From positions 62,001 through 90,556 of the forward strand of contig MEDY01000074.1 in assembly GCA_001724265.1 (NCBI GenBank): DNA of 28,556 nt, read 5' to 3'. The stretch comes from Rhizaria sp. SCN 62-66 (Eukaryota). The position numbers were made by a program, and so were the translations under genes. Of the stretch, positions 1 through 10,700 are shown piece after piece (positions within the stretch are counted from its first letter, which is position 1; each line of letters opens with the position of its first letter). The notes beneath the pieces are model-generated. The model worked only from the letters and a program-made list of their open reading frames with translations. It did not search any database and was not told where the DNA came from.

Positions 1-2097
1 GCATCATCAACAGCAATAGCAGCAGCAGGAGCAGCAGCGGCAGCAGGCTCCTCAGCGGCAGGGGCAGGCTCCGCAGTGGCAGGAGCAGCGGGAGCCGCAG
101 GCGCGTCAAGAGCGAGGTCGTCATCGAGCGCAAGGTCTGCGTCCGCCGCCGCAGCAGTAGGAGCAGCAGGCTCAGCAGCAGCATGATCAGAAGCAGCAGC
201 AGCGGCGGGCTCAGCCGCGGCCGGCACAACAGCAGCCGCAGTAGCCGCAGCGGGCGTGGAAGCAGCAGCGGGCTCGCTGGCGTCGAGGTCAGCCTCCAGA
301 CTCAACGAATCATCGGATGCTCCTGTCGCCGGCTCCGCAGCCTCAGCAGCAGCAGGGCCAGCGGCGACAGGGACCACGTCGTCGTCGGCGCCATTGTCCT
401 GGGTCATGAAAAACGACTGGCCCCCAGGCTCGGCACCAGGCGCCGCTGCAGCCTCAGCAGGCTTCTCCTCTGCCTTAGCCTCAGGCTCAAGTGCAACCTC
501 AGCCTCGGTCTGAGCAACGCCAGGCTCAGCAGCAGCAACAAAAGCGTCGGAAACGGACTCAGGCGCGTTGCCCTCAGCAGCCACGGGCATCTCGTCCACA
601 CCACCAACGCCGTCGGCTTCCTCGGCCGCGTCCCCAGCAGCAGCGGCTTCAGCAGCCTCAGCATCCGCCGCCGCCGCATCCAGTGCCGCATCAGTGCGCG
701 CAACGGTCTCAGCCGCGTCGGCCGCGGTCTCAGTCTCAGGTGCGGCCGCGGGTGCGGGCTGATCGTCGCCCTTGACGTGACTTGCCCCGCCGTTGTTCTC
801 AGCAGGGGTGATGCAGAACGCCGCGCTGGCCCGCGCGACCGCCGCGCCGTGGGCCGCCGCCTGTTCCTGCTGCTGTCGCCGCCGCTGCTCTTCTTTGGCC
901 TGCTGCTGCCGTGCCGTCCGCGCGCGCGCCTCGTCCATCCGCGCCTGCACTTCCTTCAGCCGCGTCTTGCGCGCTTCCTCCTCCTCCGCGGCGGCCTTAA
1001 CCATCGCATCGCGCTCTTCCCGCTCCTTCTTGCGCCGCTCGCGCTCCTTCGCGCGCACCTCGGCCAGCGCGGCGGCGCGCTCCTCGCGCGTCTCAGCCGC
1101 TTTGGCCTTGGCTTCTTCCTCGGCTTCCTCGCGCTTGCGCTTCTCCTCGGCCTCCCGCGCCGCGCGCTGCTCGGCGATCTCCTTGACACGGGCGGCGACG
1201 CGCGCGCGCCTGTCCTGCTCCTCCGCGCGCAACTGCGCCAGACGCTCTTGCTCACGCGCCGAGGGCGGGAGGTATACAGGGACCAGGTCGGGCCGCAGCG
1301 GCAGCGTCAGCACGAGCGCCATCTTGGCGCGGTACGCCTCAGCCGTGCGGGCGAGGAACGCGCGCTCGGCGGCCGGCACTGGGACGCCGCGGCGGCCGGC
1401 CTGGGGCGCCATTGTCGTCTGCCGCTTCGGTGCGCCGCCGCGCGAGCCCGCTGCGGCCTGGGTCTGCGAGCGGCGCACGGGCGAGGAGGAGTCGCGCCCA
1501 CGCTCGCGCTCGCTGTGACCGCCGCCGTGGCTGCTCTCGGTCATTGCGGTGGAGGAAGAGTTGGAGCCGGAACTTGCGGGGCGTGGGGAGCTGCGGATCG
1601 GCGGCAACTGCGAGGGCGCGTCCTTACCGTCTTTACCGTTGTTATTCTTGCTCGCCGCGGAAGAAGAAGATGACGAGGACAATGTAACGGGCGCGGTGGC
1701 GCGGAACGACGGCTGGCCGTTCTCGTAGGCGTACGGGGGCGCTGTCGGGTAAGGCACTGAAGCGGGCGCGTCGGGGCCGGAGAAGGCGTCGGAAACGCGC
1801 GTACGGCGCCCGTAGAACGACGAGTCCGTGAACACGATCGCGCGCTCGGACGGCGTCAGCTGTGGGTAATGTTGAAACAGAGGGGATGATAGAGGTGAGA
1901 CTGGGGCTGAGATGGCAGCAGGGATGAAAGGTAGTGACAATAAGAAACGAAGGGGCTGTGAAGGGGAAGGGGAAACGTACCTTGGAGTTGGCGTCATTTT
2001 GTGAGTTGTTAGAAGCCTGCGTCGTGCCAAGGCTCCCTGACTGCTGTGTGGAGCTTGCGGAACGGTTGGCGTTCCGCACAGGAGGCAGGGCTTGCAT
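1..2097 (-). CDS. Uncharacterised protein (>650 aa, 3' end outside window) with an E/R/K-rich helical segment and a long Ala/Glu/Pro-rich disordered tail; exons 2097-1981 and 1859-<1
   Basis: ATG at 2097 (MQALPPVRN...ANSK), then AAG|GTACGT donor and pyrimidine-rich ...CCACAG acceptor. The phase-0 join gives LTPSERAIVFTDSSFYGRR... and the frame stays open to base 1 (REAEEKRKREEAEEEAKAKAAETREER...). Exon 2 is missing from the ORF track. No family recognised. Confidence 0.8.
1860..1980 (-). other. Spliceosomal intron, 121 nt
   Basis: GTACGT...pyrimidine-rich...CAG; removal joins two exons in frame. Confidence 0.8.
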
Positions 2098-2427
2098 GGG
2101 TGCTCACGTCAACGCCGCGAACAGCAACTTGTGTGAGAGGTCGACTGAGCAGCACAGCGAGCCTTGGTGTTGCGGGTTTTGATCGTGGGTAAGAAACTGG
2201 ACCACGAAACTAAATATCACGCGTCGCGATTAATTCGATGTCTTAATAACAGAAAGCTAAATTGATGCGAAGGCGGTCAAAACATGGATTGAGTCGTGTC
2301 GTCAGTCGCTGGCGTAACCGACTTTGGTACCCTCGAGGTTCGCAAAAATCTGGGTCTATGGCAATCTTCGACAGCAGCGAGATAGGCCGATGTTTCGTTG
2401 TGCTCCAAACGCGATAATCATCCGCCA

Positions 2428-3189
2428 ATGACTGTCATTAACGAGAACAAGGTACGCATGTGGGTATTTTACTTAACTTCATGTTCAGTTGTCAACCGAG
2501 CTTGGTCTGTCGCTTCTGATGGTATCATTGCTGTGCCTCATTGGAGACATGCTCGCGCCCTTATAGAATCTACTCTTCGGCTTGTGATATGCTCGATTAT
2601 CAAGTTCAACGGAGACATACGTGAACAACCTGTGTGATTATGTCCTATTTTGTACTATAGCGTGACTTTTACTCCTTGTTCTGTTCGTTGTTACTCCGAT
2701 ATCTTAACAATCACCCATTCATGCCTTGCCTGATGCCTCTATCTTTCCCCAACTTTACTGTCGCGCTCTGTAACCCACTGCCTCGCCCCGCAGATTGCCA
2801 CCGTCTTCCCCGCCGAGACCGCGTCCTTTGACGACATCCCCACCGCGCGCGCCGCGACTGAGGACGTCACCCTGGACCAGGATGGCTCCGACGGCTCCAG
2901 CGAGGGCGAGGACGAGGACGAGGCCGACGAGGTTGACTTCACCGCCATCGACGAGGGTGATGAAGGCGACGAGGGCGACGAGGACGACGAGGAGGCCGAG
3001 CCCGCGCGCCGCACCATGTCCCTCAAGGACCTGATGGGCCCCACGCTCTCGGACGGCAGCGACAGCGACTACGACGCCGCGGCCGACGACGACGAGGACG
3101 TCGAGATTGAGGACGAAGACGAGGAGACTGGCGTAACCGCAGACAACGAGGAGATCGTCCACAACGCCAAGAAGCCCCGCAACGCGTAA
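2428..3189 (+). CDS. Small hyper-acidic disordered protein (139 aa) with C-terminal NLS-like KKPR; exons 2428-2451 and 2794-3189
   Basis: MTVINENK, AAG|GTACGC donor, ...CCCCGCAG acceptor at 2793, then IATVFPAETASFDDIP...EGEDEDEADEVDF...EEIVHNAKKPRNA-TAA. Exon 2 has strong G/C third-position bias. Not in the ORF track. Confidence 0.8.
2452..2793 (+). other. Spliceosomal intron, 342 nt (longest clear intron in the window)
   Basis: GTACGC donor, polypyrimidine tract, CAG acceptor; phase-0 in-frame join. Confidence 0.75.
2497..2620 (+). ncRNA. Candidate intronic box H/ACA snoRNA
   Basis: Hand-folded: hairpin 1 (CGAGC 2497-2501 / GCTCG 2551-2555), H-box-like ATAGAA 2563-2568, hairpin 2 (CTTCG 2575-2579 / CGGAG 2610-2614), ACA 2615-2617. 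The pocket of hairpin 2 is complementary to conserved LSU rRNA UGAACU-UA-AGC. Confidence 0.4.
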
Positions 3190-3600
3190 ACACGGCGCTT
3201 TTTAATGTCGCCGACGTGATCCATGCACGTGCATCGTGCCCTTTGAAAGCAGCAACGCTGCGATGCTGCGCGGTGCAGTGAGCCGCTCAATCTTGGTCTT
3301 GTTTGTTTGCTCTGCTTAATCCTTTGTCTTTCCTTTTCTGTTTCTCTAGTCTCAGCTTCTAGCCACTCTTCTAATCACATCTTACCTGTTTTGACAGCTT
3401 TAGTGTCCGCGCTGCCGTGGTGGTGCCGCGCACTGCTCTCCGTTTATGATGCGCGGACTCAATACAACGCCGCGTTTTGTCCAAACATCACGTATGACGT
3501 GAATTCATAAACTGTATTATGCTTTCCGATGATGATAGTCATGTTGTTCTAATGTAGTGGTTTGTTTGTACGTTGGTGCGCAACGCATTTGCGTCATGTG

Positions 3601-6600
3601 TCACCGTTTATGCGTGCCCGCTCGGCGCCGTCCTCTGCTCACCTCCTAGTCCTCAGCTCTCTCGTCCTCTTCTTCCTCGTTGTTCTCACGAGCTTTGCCC
3701 GTGCGACTCCGCGCCTCCGCACTCCGCCCCGCCGCGACAGGCGAGGCAGTTTGCGCTGCAGCTGCAACGCCGGCACTCCTGCGCCCACTGGCGGCACGGA
3801 CACTGTTCGCACTCGTTGCCCTGCTCATACTACTCGCACTTGTTGCGCTGCTGCATCCGGTGCTCGCGCGACTGACAATACTGCCAGCGCCCAGCGCAGC
3901 GCCCAGTGCGCCCGCGCCCTCATACTCCCACGGGTCCGGGTCAAGCAGGTCTGACAGCGCCCGCAACCGCGACTGAGAGCGCGTCACCCGACCAGCAACC
4001 CCGATTGCACTGCGCTTGCCAGTTGTGGCAGCGACTGTGGTAACCTCAGCGGCGAGCGCGGCGGCTGAGGGGCGCAAGCGGCGCGTTGCGGGCGTTGCCG
4101 GTGCCCCGGTTTCCGCCTCGTTGTCCACCATGGCTGCAGCTGCGCGCGCCCTGACTGCGGCTGTTGCGGCGCTGGTGCTAGCGCGCCGCGCTGCGCTCGC
4201 TTCCGCAGCCGACAAACCTGTCACTGACCCTGAAACTAACTCTGGCGCTGCGGGTGTGCGCCAGAAGGCCGCAGAAGCGGGTGAAAGTGTGCTCAACACA
4301 GCGCGCCAACTGCGCGGCTCTCTAGCCACAGCGGCCTGTGCTGCTGTCTCTTCAGTGTAACCGTCGCCGCTGTCGTCGTTGCCGTCGTTATCGCTCACTG
4401 GCTCCGCGCCAGCGTCATCGGCCCACGCGCGCTGTGAAGATCTGGACACGCGCCGACCGGCGGCCCCGCGCGCAGCTGCACCGCCAGTGACGCTCGGGCG
4501 GACTAGACCGCCACTGGAGCCCATTACGCGAGTCAGATCGATGCGATGTGTCCCGCGGCCAGTCGCAGCTGCCGCGGACGCCGCCTAGTCGCAACTAAGC
4601 CCCGTGCCCCACGCGCCGTTGCTGCTATTGTAGACCTCGCACCCAGCAGCGCTGCCGCCGCCGCTGCCAGTACCGTATTCTAGCGCTGGCAGTGCGCGTT
4701 GCCGCCGGCTGCCCGACAACGCGCTTGCAGCAGCGGCCGCAGCTGCTGCGGCGGTTGCGGCGGCAGTGGCCGCGCTAATTGTCGCACTTGAGCCGCGGTT
4801 CTGCCATCCTGCCGCCGCGCCGCCCGTGGCCGCTGCCGCCGCACTGGCCGCCTCTGCCGCCGACGCCGACGCCGCAACGGCTGCTTCGAGCCTCGCTTCA
4901 AGCCGCGCTAGCTGTCTCCGCAGATCCCCCTGTCCGCGTTCCACTGCGCGTTGCACGGCCTGCAACGGGTCACGGTGCGTTGCCAAGCAGTGGGCGACCG
5001 CAAGCAACGCCGCTGCGCACGCCGCGTAGCGCAGCGCGCCTGTGGCGGCCGCGAAGGCGTCGGGTGTGAGCGGTGCGCCCAGCAGCCAGCCAACCCAGTC
5101 GCTGTGCGAGATTAGCACGCGTTCCAGCGCAAAGGCTGACGCCAGAGCGAGGAAAGCCGTTCCACGCGCGGGTGCGGTTCGCGGCATTGCGGTTAGTAAC
5201 ACAGCCGCAAGCAACGCAACTGGGTAGAAGAGAAATGAGGCCGCTGACGAGAACTCCAACCTTAGCTTTGTGATGCCACCGGTCGCCTGAAAGGGGAAAA
5301 CATCGTATTTGGCACAATATTACACATTTATGAGGAATTTCACGACTTACGTTGAACTCTTTTGGACTGTTTCAAGTTGTCTCAGCTCTAACGCATGTGA
5401 ACGTACCTCGTGCACAAGCCCCATAAGCTTGTCCCTTGTGCCACGGAGCTCGCGTCCAATCGCCTCAGTCTGCAACAGCACGCTGTCATGCATACTCGCG
5501 ATTGATGCAATTCCGGACTGAGCATCCCGCAGCCGCACCTCCATGGCCTCCTGCCGCGCATGTCAAAGTCAGAGAATTTGTGAGCACATAACATGTTTAA
5601 AGTTCATGTAATGCGCACATCTGATTTGATAATTCCGGTCCAACGTACCTGTGATGTGACCATACCCTTCATAGCAGATTCTGACTCTGCGCCTAGCCGC
5701 GCTACTTGCCCCCTCGCGTGCTCAAACGCTGCTTGACTTTCCTTCCTCAGCTCCCCAAGCCCGCCGGTTATACCGCCCAGCTGCTCCGCTGCTGCGCGCT
5801 GCTGTCTCTCAACTTCGCGGCCTTGCTCCTGCAGCGCGCGCCCCGCCGCCAATGCGGCCTCGACGCCCGCAGCGACTTCGCGCTGCCCCGCGGCGAGCGC
5901 TGCAACGCCGGAGCTCGCGCTGGCGACCGCAGCGGCAAGCTCGCCGTGACGCGCGGTCTGTTCAGCAGTCAACGCCGACAGCGATGCCGCCAGCTCGCCG
6001 TGGCCGCGAGCAACGGCGCCCGACACCGAGGCAAGCCCTGACTCAACGCCCTGTAACGCGGCGGCCGCGGCCGCGGAGGCTGACGAGAGAGCTGAGACAG
6101 AGCGCTGTGTCGCTGCGTTGAAGAGATCACGACGTCGGAAATAGCATAGCGAATCGACCTGAGAGAAGAATGTCGTGAATGTGGAGTACGCCTGCGCATT
6201 GGCGCCGATGCGCCTGCGACACTCTGAGAATGACTCAGTTGCTGCGTTACTATCTGTTGACGTTGAGCTTGCAGCGCCGGATGCCATGGTGGGGTCTTGA
6301 GGCGCTGACGCTGCGCAGGGAATCGGAGGCAGACCAACAGACTCAAGCTGACAGTTGGTGAGTGCAAAAGCAATGCGCGCACGGCCTTCGTCACTGAGCA
6401 GTGCACACTGCGACGTGAAGAGTGCCTCGACGTCCGGTCGCGCCCAACAGCCATCTAGCCTCGCCAGCTCCGCAGGCAGAACCACCGCGCGCGACCCCGT
6501 CGCCTCACCTGGGCCTGCACCAAATAGTCCACCGATTAGCCAGCTTGGCGTCGGCTCTTGCGTTGGTTGCGTGGCTAGAGCGCGCAGACCTGCCGTGGAG

Positions 6601-6656
6601 AGGCAGAGCGCGGGGAGTATGCGACGCACGCTGACAGTTCGAGGGCTATCGCTCAT
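3601..6656 (-). CDS. GEX1: GEX1/KAR5/Brambleberry-family nuclear envelope fusion (karyogamy) protein; exons 6656-5649, 5550-5407, 5286-3601. 945 aa if two in-frame TAGs are read; 617 aa ending at 4585 in the standard code
   Basis: Signal-peptide-like N-terminus; Cys-rich domain CW...LFTSQCALLSDEGRARIAFALTNCQLESVGLPPIPC...CRRRI...AYSTFTTFFSQVDSLCYF; long heptad coiled-coil region; three hydrophobic segments (FLFYPVALLAAVLLTAM, AFLALASAFALERVLI, ALRYAACAAALLAVAHCL). This matches the family architecture. The 3' end depends on the meaning of TAG. Confidence 0.85.
5287..5406 (-). other. GEX1 intron 2, 120 nt (preferred model)
   Basis: GAG|GTACGT donor and TTTTCCCCTTTCAG acceptor; phase-0 join (..GLVHE|ATGGITKLRLEF..). 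An alternative intron 5350-5261 also keeps frame. Confidence 0.65.
5551..5648 (-). other. GEX1 intron 1, 98 nt
   Basis: CAG|GTACGT donor, AT-rich body with in-frame stop, ...GGCAG acceptor; phase-0 join (..VTSQ|EAMEVRL..). Confidence 0.8.
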
Positions 6657-7712
6657 AGGCGGTGGCACTGAGGCGGATCACGATCTCAGACAGGAATGAT
6701 AAAAATCGAAAAATGCTGCTACCAATTGAAACTGCTGCGTTATATTGCTATTTTTACTGCTGGCGGACGTGTTCAAGTGCAATCTCCTCCGCCACACCAC
6801 TGACTTGAAGAGATGTTGCTTTCTGGATTGGACGGCATTAATTCTGACCCATAATTACTATTTGCTGCAGATTCACATTGAACTTGTGAACTCTTTGTTA
6901 AAATTCTAGTTATGTATATTTGATTCTCGTGTTGCTACTCTAAAAACTTCATTCTTATTAAGCTTCATTGTGTATTCATGCGAACTATTCAGCTCTTGTG
7001 ACTTGCTGTCTCCTTTCTCTCAAGTCCTCTACGCAAGTGCAATCAAAATAATGTAACAAAATGAAGGTTGACGCCATGCCGAGACTGTAACCTCTGTTGG
7101 TGGCGTTAAGCTATTGTATTTGGCAGCCAAATCAATGCTAGGGCTGCCGATAGCTGCCGCAAAACTTGATGCACGCGCCGCGAGTCGTCCCGATGAATCC
7201 CCGGGATATGCAATTGTATCAAAACCATAATGTATAAATAAAATAGTACTCATATTTTCCAATGCTTGATAGATGTTATATCCTGTAATTGCGTTGAACG
7301 ACGAATATATGGTATGTGTTATGGACTTGAATAGAGGCCTCCAAGGAATGAAATCGGGGCCTTGCCGTATCTGGCTGAGCGCGCGTGGCCGCGGCTTAAC
7401 TTGGCCCACGAAACGAGGCATTGCTGGAGGGCAATTTTCGGGTGTATTTCATCAATGGTCTGGCATGTTATGCTACGGTAAAGATACTTTGTGTTTCTTT
7501 GTATTATATATATTTGCGACACTCCGCTCCAACGTGGTTTGTGACTCCGTCAAGCACTTCTTCATCATGATATCTGAAGGGGATGCACCCTGTCGCGTGC
7601 TGTGCATTTGAACTGTCACTGCCTCGACCACGGATATCCATTTTGCTCATAGTACCCTGCCCCTATATTCTTGCGTGTTTTCCTTTCTCCGCGTGCTGAC
7701 CAGGTCAACCCA

Positions 7713-10700
7713 ATGGCGACCTCTCACCAGCCGAAGCGCAAGCTGGCGCAGTCGGAGCTGGACGACCTCGTGCTGCTCGACACTATCTCCGAGCAGCGCA
7801 TCCTAACCGTGCTCAAGAACCGCTACTCGGGTGACTCGATCTACACGTGCATTGGTCCCGTGCTGATTGCCATCAACCCGTACCGCACGATCCCGAGTCT
7901 GTACACCGAGGCCGTGATCCGCACGTACCGCGGCAAGAAGTACTTCGAGATGCCCCCGCACCCCTACGCCGTGACGGACGAGGCCTACTCGGCGCTGCTA
8001 TCGCACCACGAGAACCAGTGCATCATCATCTCCGGTGAGTCCGGCTCCGGCAAGACGGAGACGTCCAAGATCATCATGCAGTACGTCTCCTCCGTCTCCG
8101 GCCGCGGCACCGAAGTGCAGCGTGTCAAGGATCGCATGCTCTCCTCCAACCCCATCCTCGAAGGCTTCGGTAACGCCAAGACGATCAACAACAACAACTC
8201 GTCCCGCTTCGGCAAGTACATGGTGCTGCACTTTGACTACGGAGGCGACCCCGTCGGTGGACACGTGTCCAACTACCTACTCGAGAAGTCCCGTGTCGTC
8301 GGCCCTGCTGTCAACGAGCGTAACTTCCACGTCTTCTACCAGCTCACCGCTGGCGCCTCGCAGCAGGACCGCACGGCGCTGTACATCGAGAGCCCGTCGT
8401 ACTACCGCTACCTCAACGGCACCGGCTGCCTCACCGTCGACGGCATCAACGACGCTGCCGACTGGCGCGAGATGTCCGAAGCCTTCGCCACCGTCGGTCT
8501 GCCTGATGACGAGCGCCGTGAGATCATGCGCACGCTCTCCCTTGTGCTCTGGCTCGGCAACCTCACCTTTGAGGAGACTGCGCAGGAGGAGTCGTTCCCC
8601 AAGGACCAGGGCGTGGTTGACATCATCGCGCATTTGATGCAGATCTCCTCTGCCGACGTCACTGCGGGCCTCTGCGTGCGCACGATTACCGCCGGCACCG
8701 AGGTCTTCAAGAAGCCCTGCACGCTTAAGGAGGCCGAGTTCAACCGCGACACGATGGCCAAGGCGCTGTACTCGCGTCTGTTCGATTACCTCGTCGCCAA
8801 GATCAACGAGTCGATCCAGCCCCCCGCGTACGAGGGCAACGTCATTGGTGTCCTCGATATCTTCGGCTTCGAGATTTTCCAGCACAACTCGTTCGAGCAG
8901 CTCTGCATCAACTTCGTCAACGAGAAGCTGCAGCAGATCTTCATCGAGCTCACTCTCAAGACGGAGCAGGAGGAGTACAAGGCCGAAGGCATCCCCTGGA
9001 CTGATGTGCCGTACTACAACAACAAGCCCGTGTGCGACCTCATCGAGGGCATGCCCGGCATCCTCTCTCTGCTCGACGATACGTGCTCCACCAACAAGAC
9101 GGACCAGAACTTCGCGTTCGCCATGGGCCAGCTTTTCGCGCAGAACGAGTGCGTGACGTGCGGCGCCACCGACTTCCTCGTGCGTCATTACGCCGGCGAG
9201 GTGCGCTACGACGCCAACGGCTTCGTCGTCAAGAACAAGGATACCCTCTTTGACGACATCATCATGTGCCTGCAGAAGTCCCCTCAGGGCTTCGTTCAGT
9301 ATCAGGGCTGGGCCGCGCTCGACGTCGCCGGTCGCGCCAAGAAGCGCCCCCCCACTGTCTCGCGCGTGTTCCGCGACCAAGTCAAGGCGCTGACGACTGC
9401 GCTCATGTCGTGCGTGCCGCACTACATCCGCTGCATTAAGCCCAACATGACTAAGCAGCCCAACACGTTTGACACACCCATGATCCAGCGCCAGGTTCAA
9501 TATCTCGGTCTGCTCGAGAATGTCCGCGTCCGCCGCGCTGGTTACGCGTACCGCTCCACGTTCGAGCGTTTTGCGCGCCGTTACGGTGTGCTGTGCCCGT
9601 CGCTCGTCGGCGTCCGCACCGGCACGTCCGCCGAAGACGACAAGAAGCACGTGCTCGCGCTCACTGGCCACCTCAAGTGGACCCACGGGAAGGAGTTCGC
9701 GATGGGACACACCAAGATCTTTATCTCCGAGGCTGCGGTGCTGTTCAACCTTGAGGAGCTGCTCGAGCGCAAGATTTCCCAGGCCGTCATGGTGATCCAG
9801 GCCGCATACCGCCACTACCTGCAGCGCCGCAAGTTCATGGAGCTCAAGGCGCTGGGTTACGAAGCGCTTAAGACGCTCAACAAGGAGCGCCGTCGCCACT
9901 CGCTCGGCCCCGCGGCGTCTGCGCCGTACATCGGCGACAACCTGAATCTGCGTCTGTGCCAGCCCGTGCAGGGCCTGCTGCTCATGTCCGGCGGCGCTAA
10001 GGAGAGCGTCGTGTTCGCGGACCGCGCGCACCAGGTCGTCGTTAAGGAGCGCAAGGGTCTGCTGGGCCGTATCTTCAGCGATGAGACCAAGGTCGTGACG
10101 GAGTCCCGCATCCTCATGGTCACCAACAAGGCCGTGTACCTGTTCAAGCTCGTGCACGACCCCGACGCCAACGCGGGCGGCAACGGCGCCGTCGCGAAGC
10201 TCACTTTCCGCGTCACGTTCAACCAGATCACGTCTCTGTCGCTGTCTCCCTACTCGGACGGCTACGTCGTGGTGCACTTTCCCGAGTCCGTCGGCGTGCG
10301 CGACACGCTGCTCAGTGTGCGCCGCAAGACCGAGTTCCTGGCTGCCGTGCTCTACGCGTGCGAGGCGCTCTCGCTGCCGGCGCCGCTGCGCTCGGTCACC
10401 GAGGACCGTATCCTCCTCAACGCCAAGAAGCAGTCGTACTCGGCCATCACGTGGGTCAAGGACGAGGCTGTGTCTCCGGACACCGCGCGTGTCACCAAGC
10501 TCAAGACCGATTTCACCATCGCCGTGCCGACCGGTCTCCCGTTCTCGTCCTCTGTCGAGCCCTACCGCCCGCCCAAGGTCGACTACGTCACCGGCGGCCG
10601 TCTCGCTCTGCGCGCGCTCGCCGACGTGGCCGGCAACGGCGTCGACGAGCTCGCCTTTTCCGCGGGACAGATCCTCTACGCCATCCGTGACGAAGACAAG

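Noticed and set aside
2634-2733. Possible box C/D snoRNA in the same intron (GTGATTA ... CTGA, with CCATTCATGC antisense to LSU GCAUGAAUGG)
   Set aside because: C box is imperfect, the 10-nt antisense element is 5 nt away from the D box, and there is no terminal stem; compatible with chance.
4585-4635. The GEX1 TAG as the acceptor of a 51-nt in-frame intron (GTCTAC...GACTAG)
   Set aside because: Donor does not resemble the GTACG donors used here, there is no pyrimidine tract, and clear introns are 98 nt or longer. Not formally excluded without cDNA.
2202-7414. CCACGAAAC present in two divergent intergenic regions (2202 and 7406)
   Set aside because: Two copies of a 9-mer, not seen in the third divergent spacer; insufficient support.
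7029-7611. ORFs of 130 and 112 aa between GEX1 and myosin
   Set aside because: AT-rich, no GC3 bias, no homology recognised; more likely divergent promoter, UTR or intron sequence.
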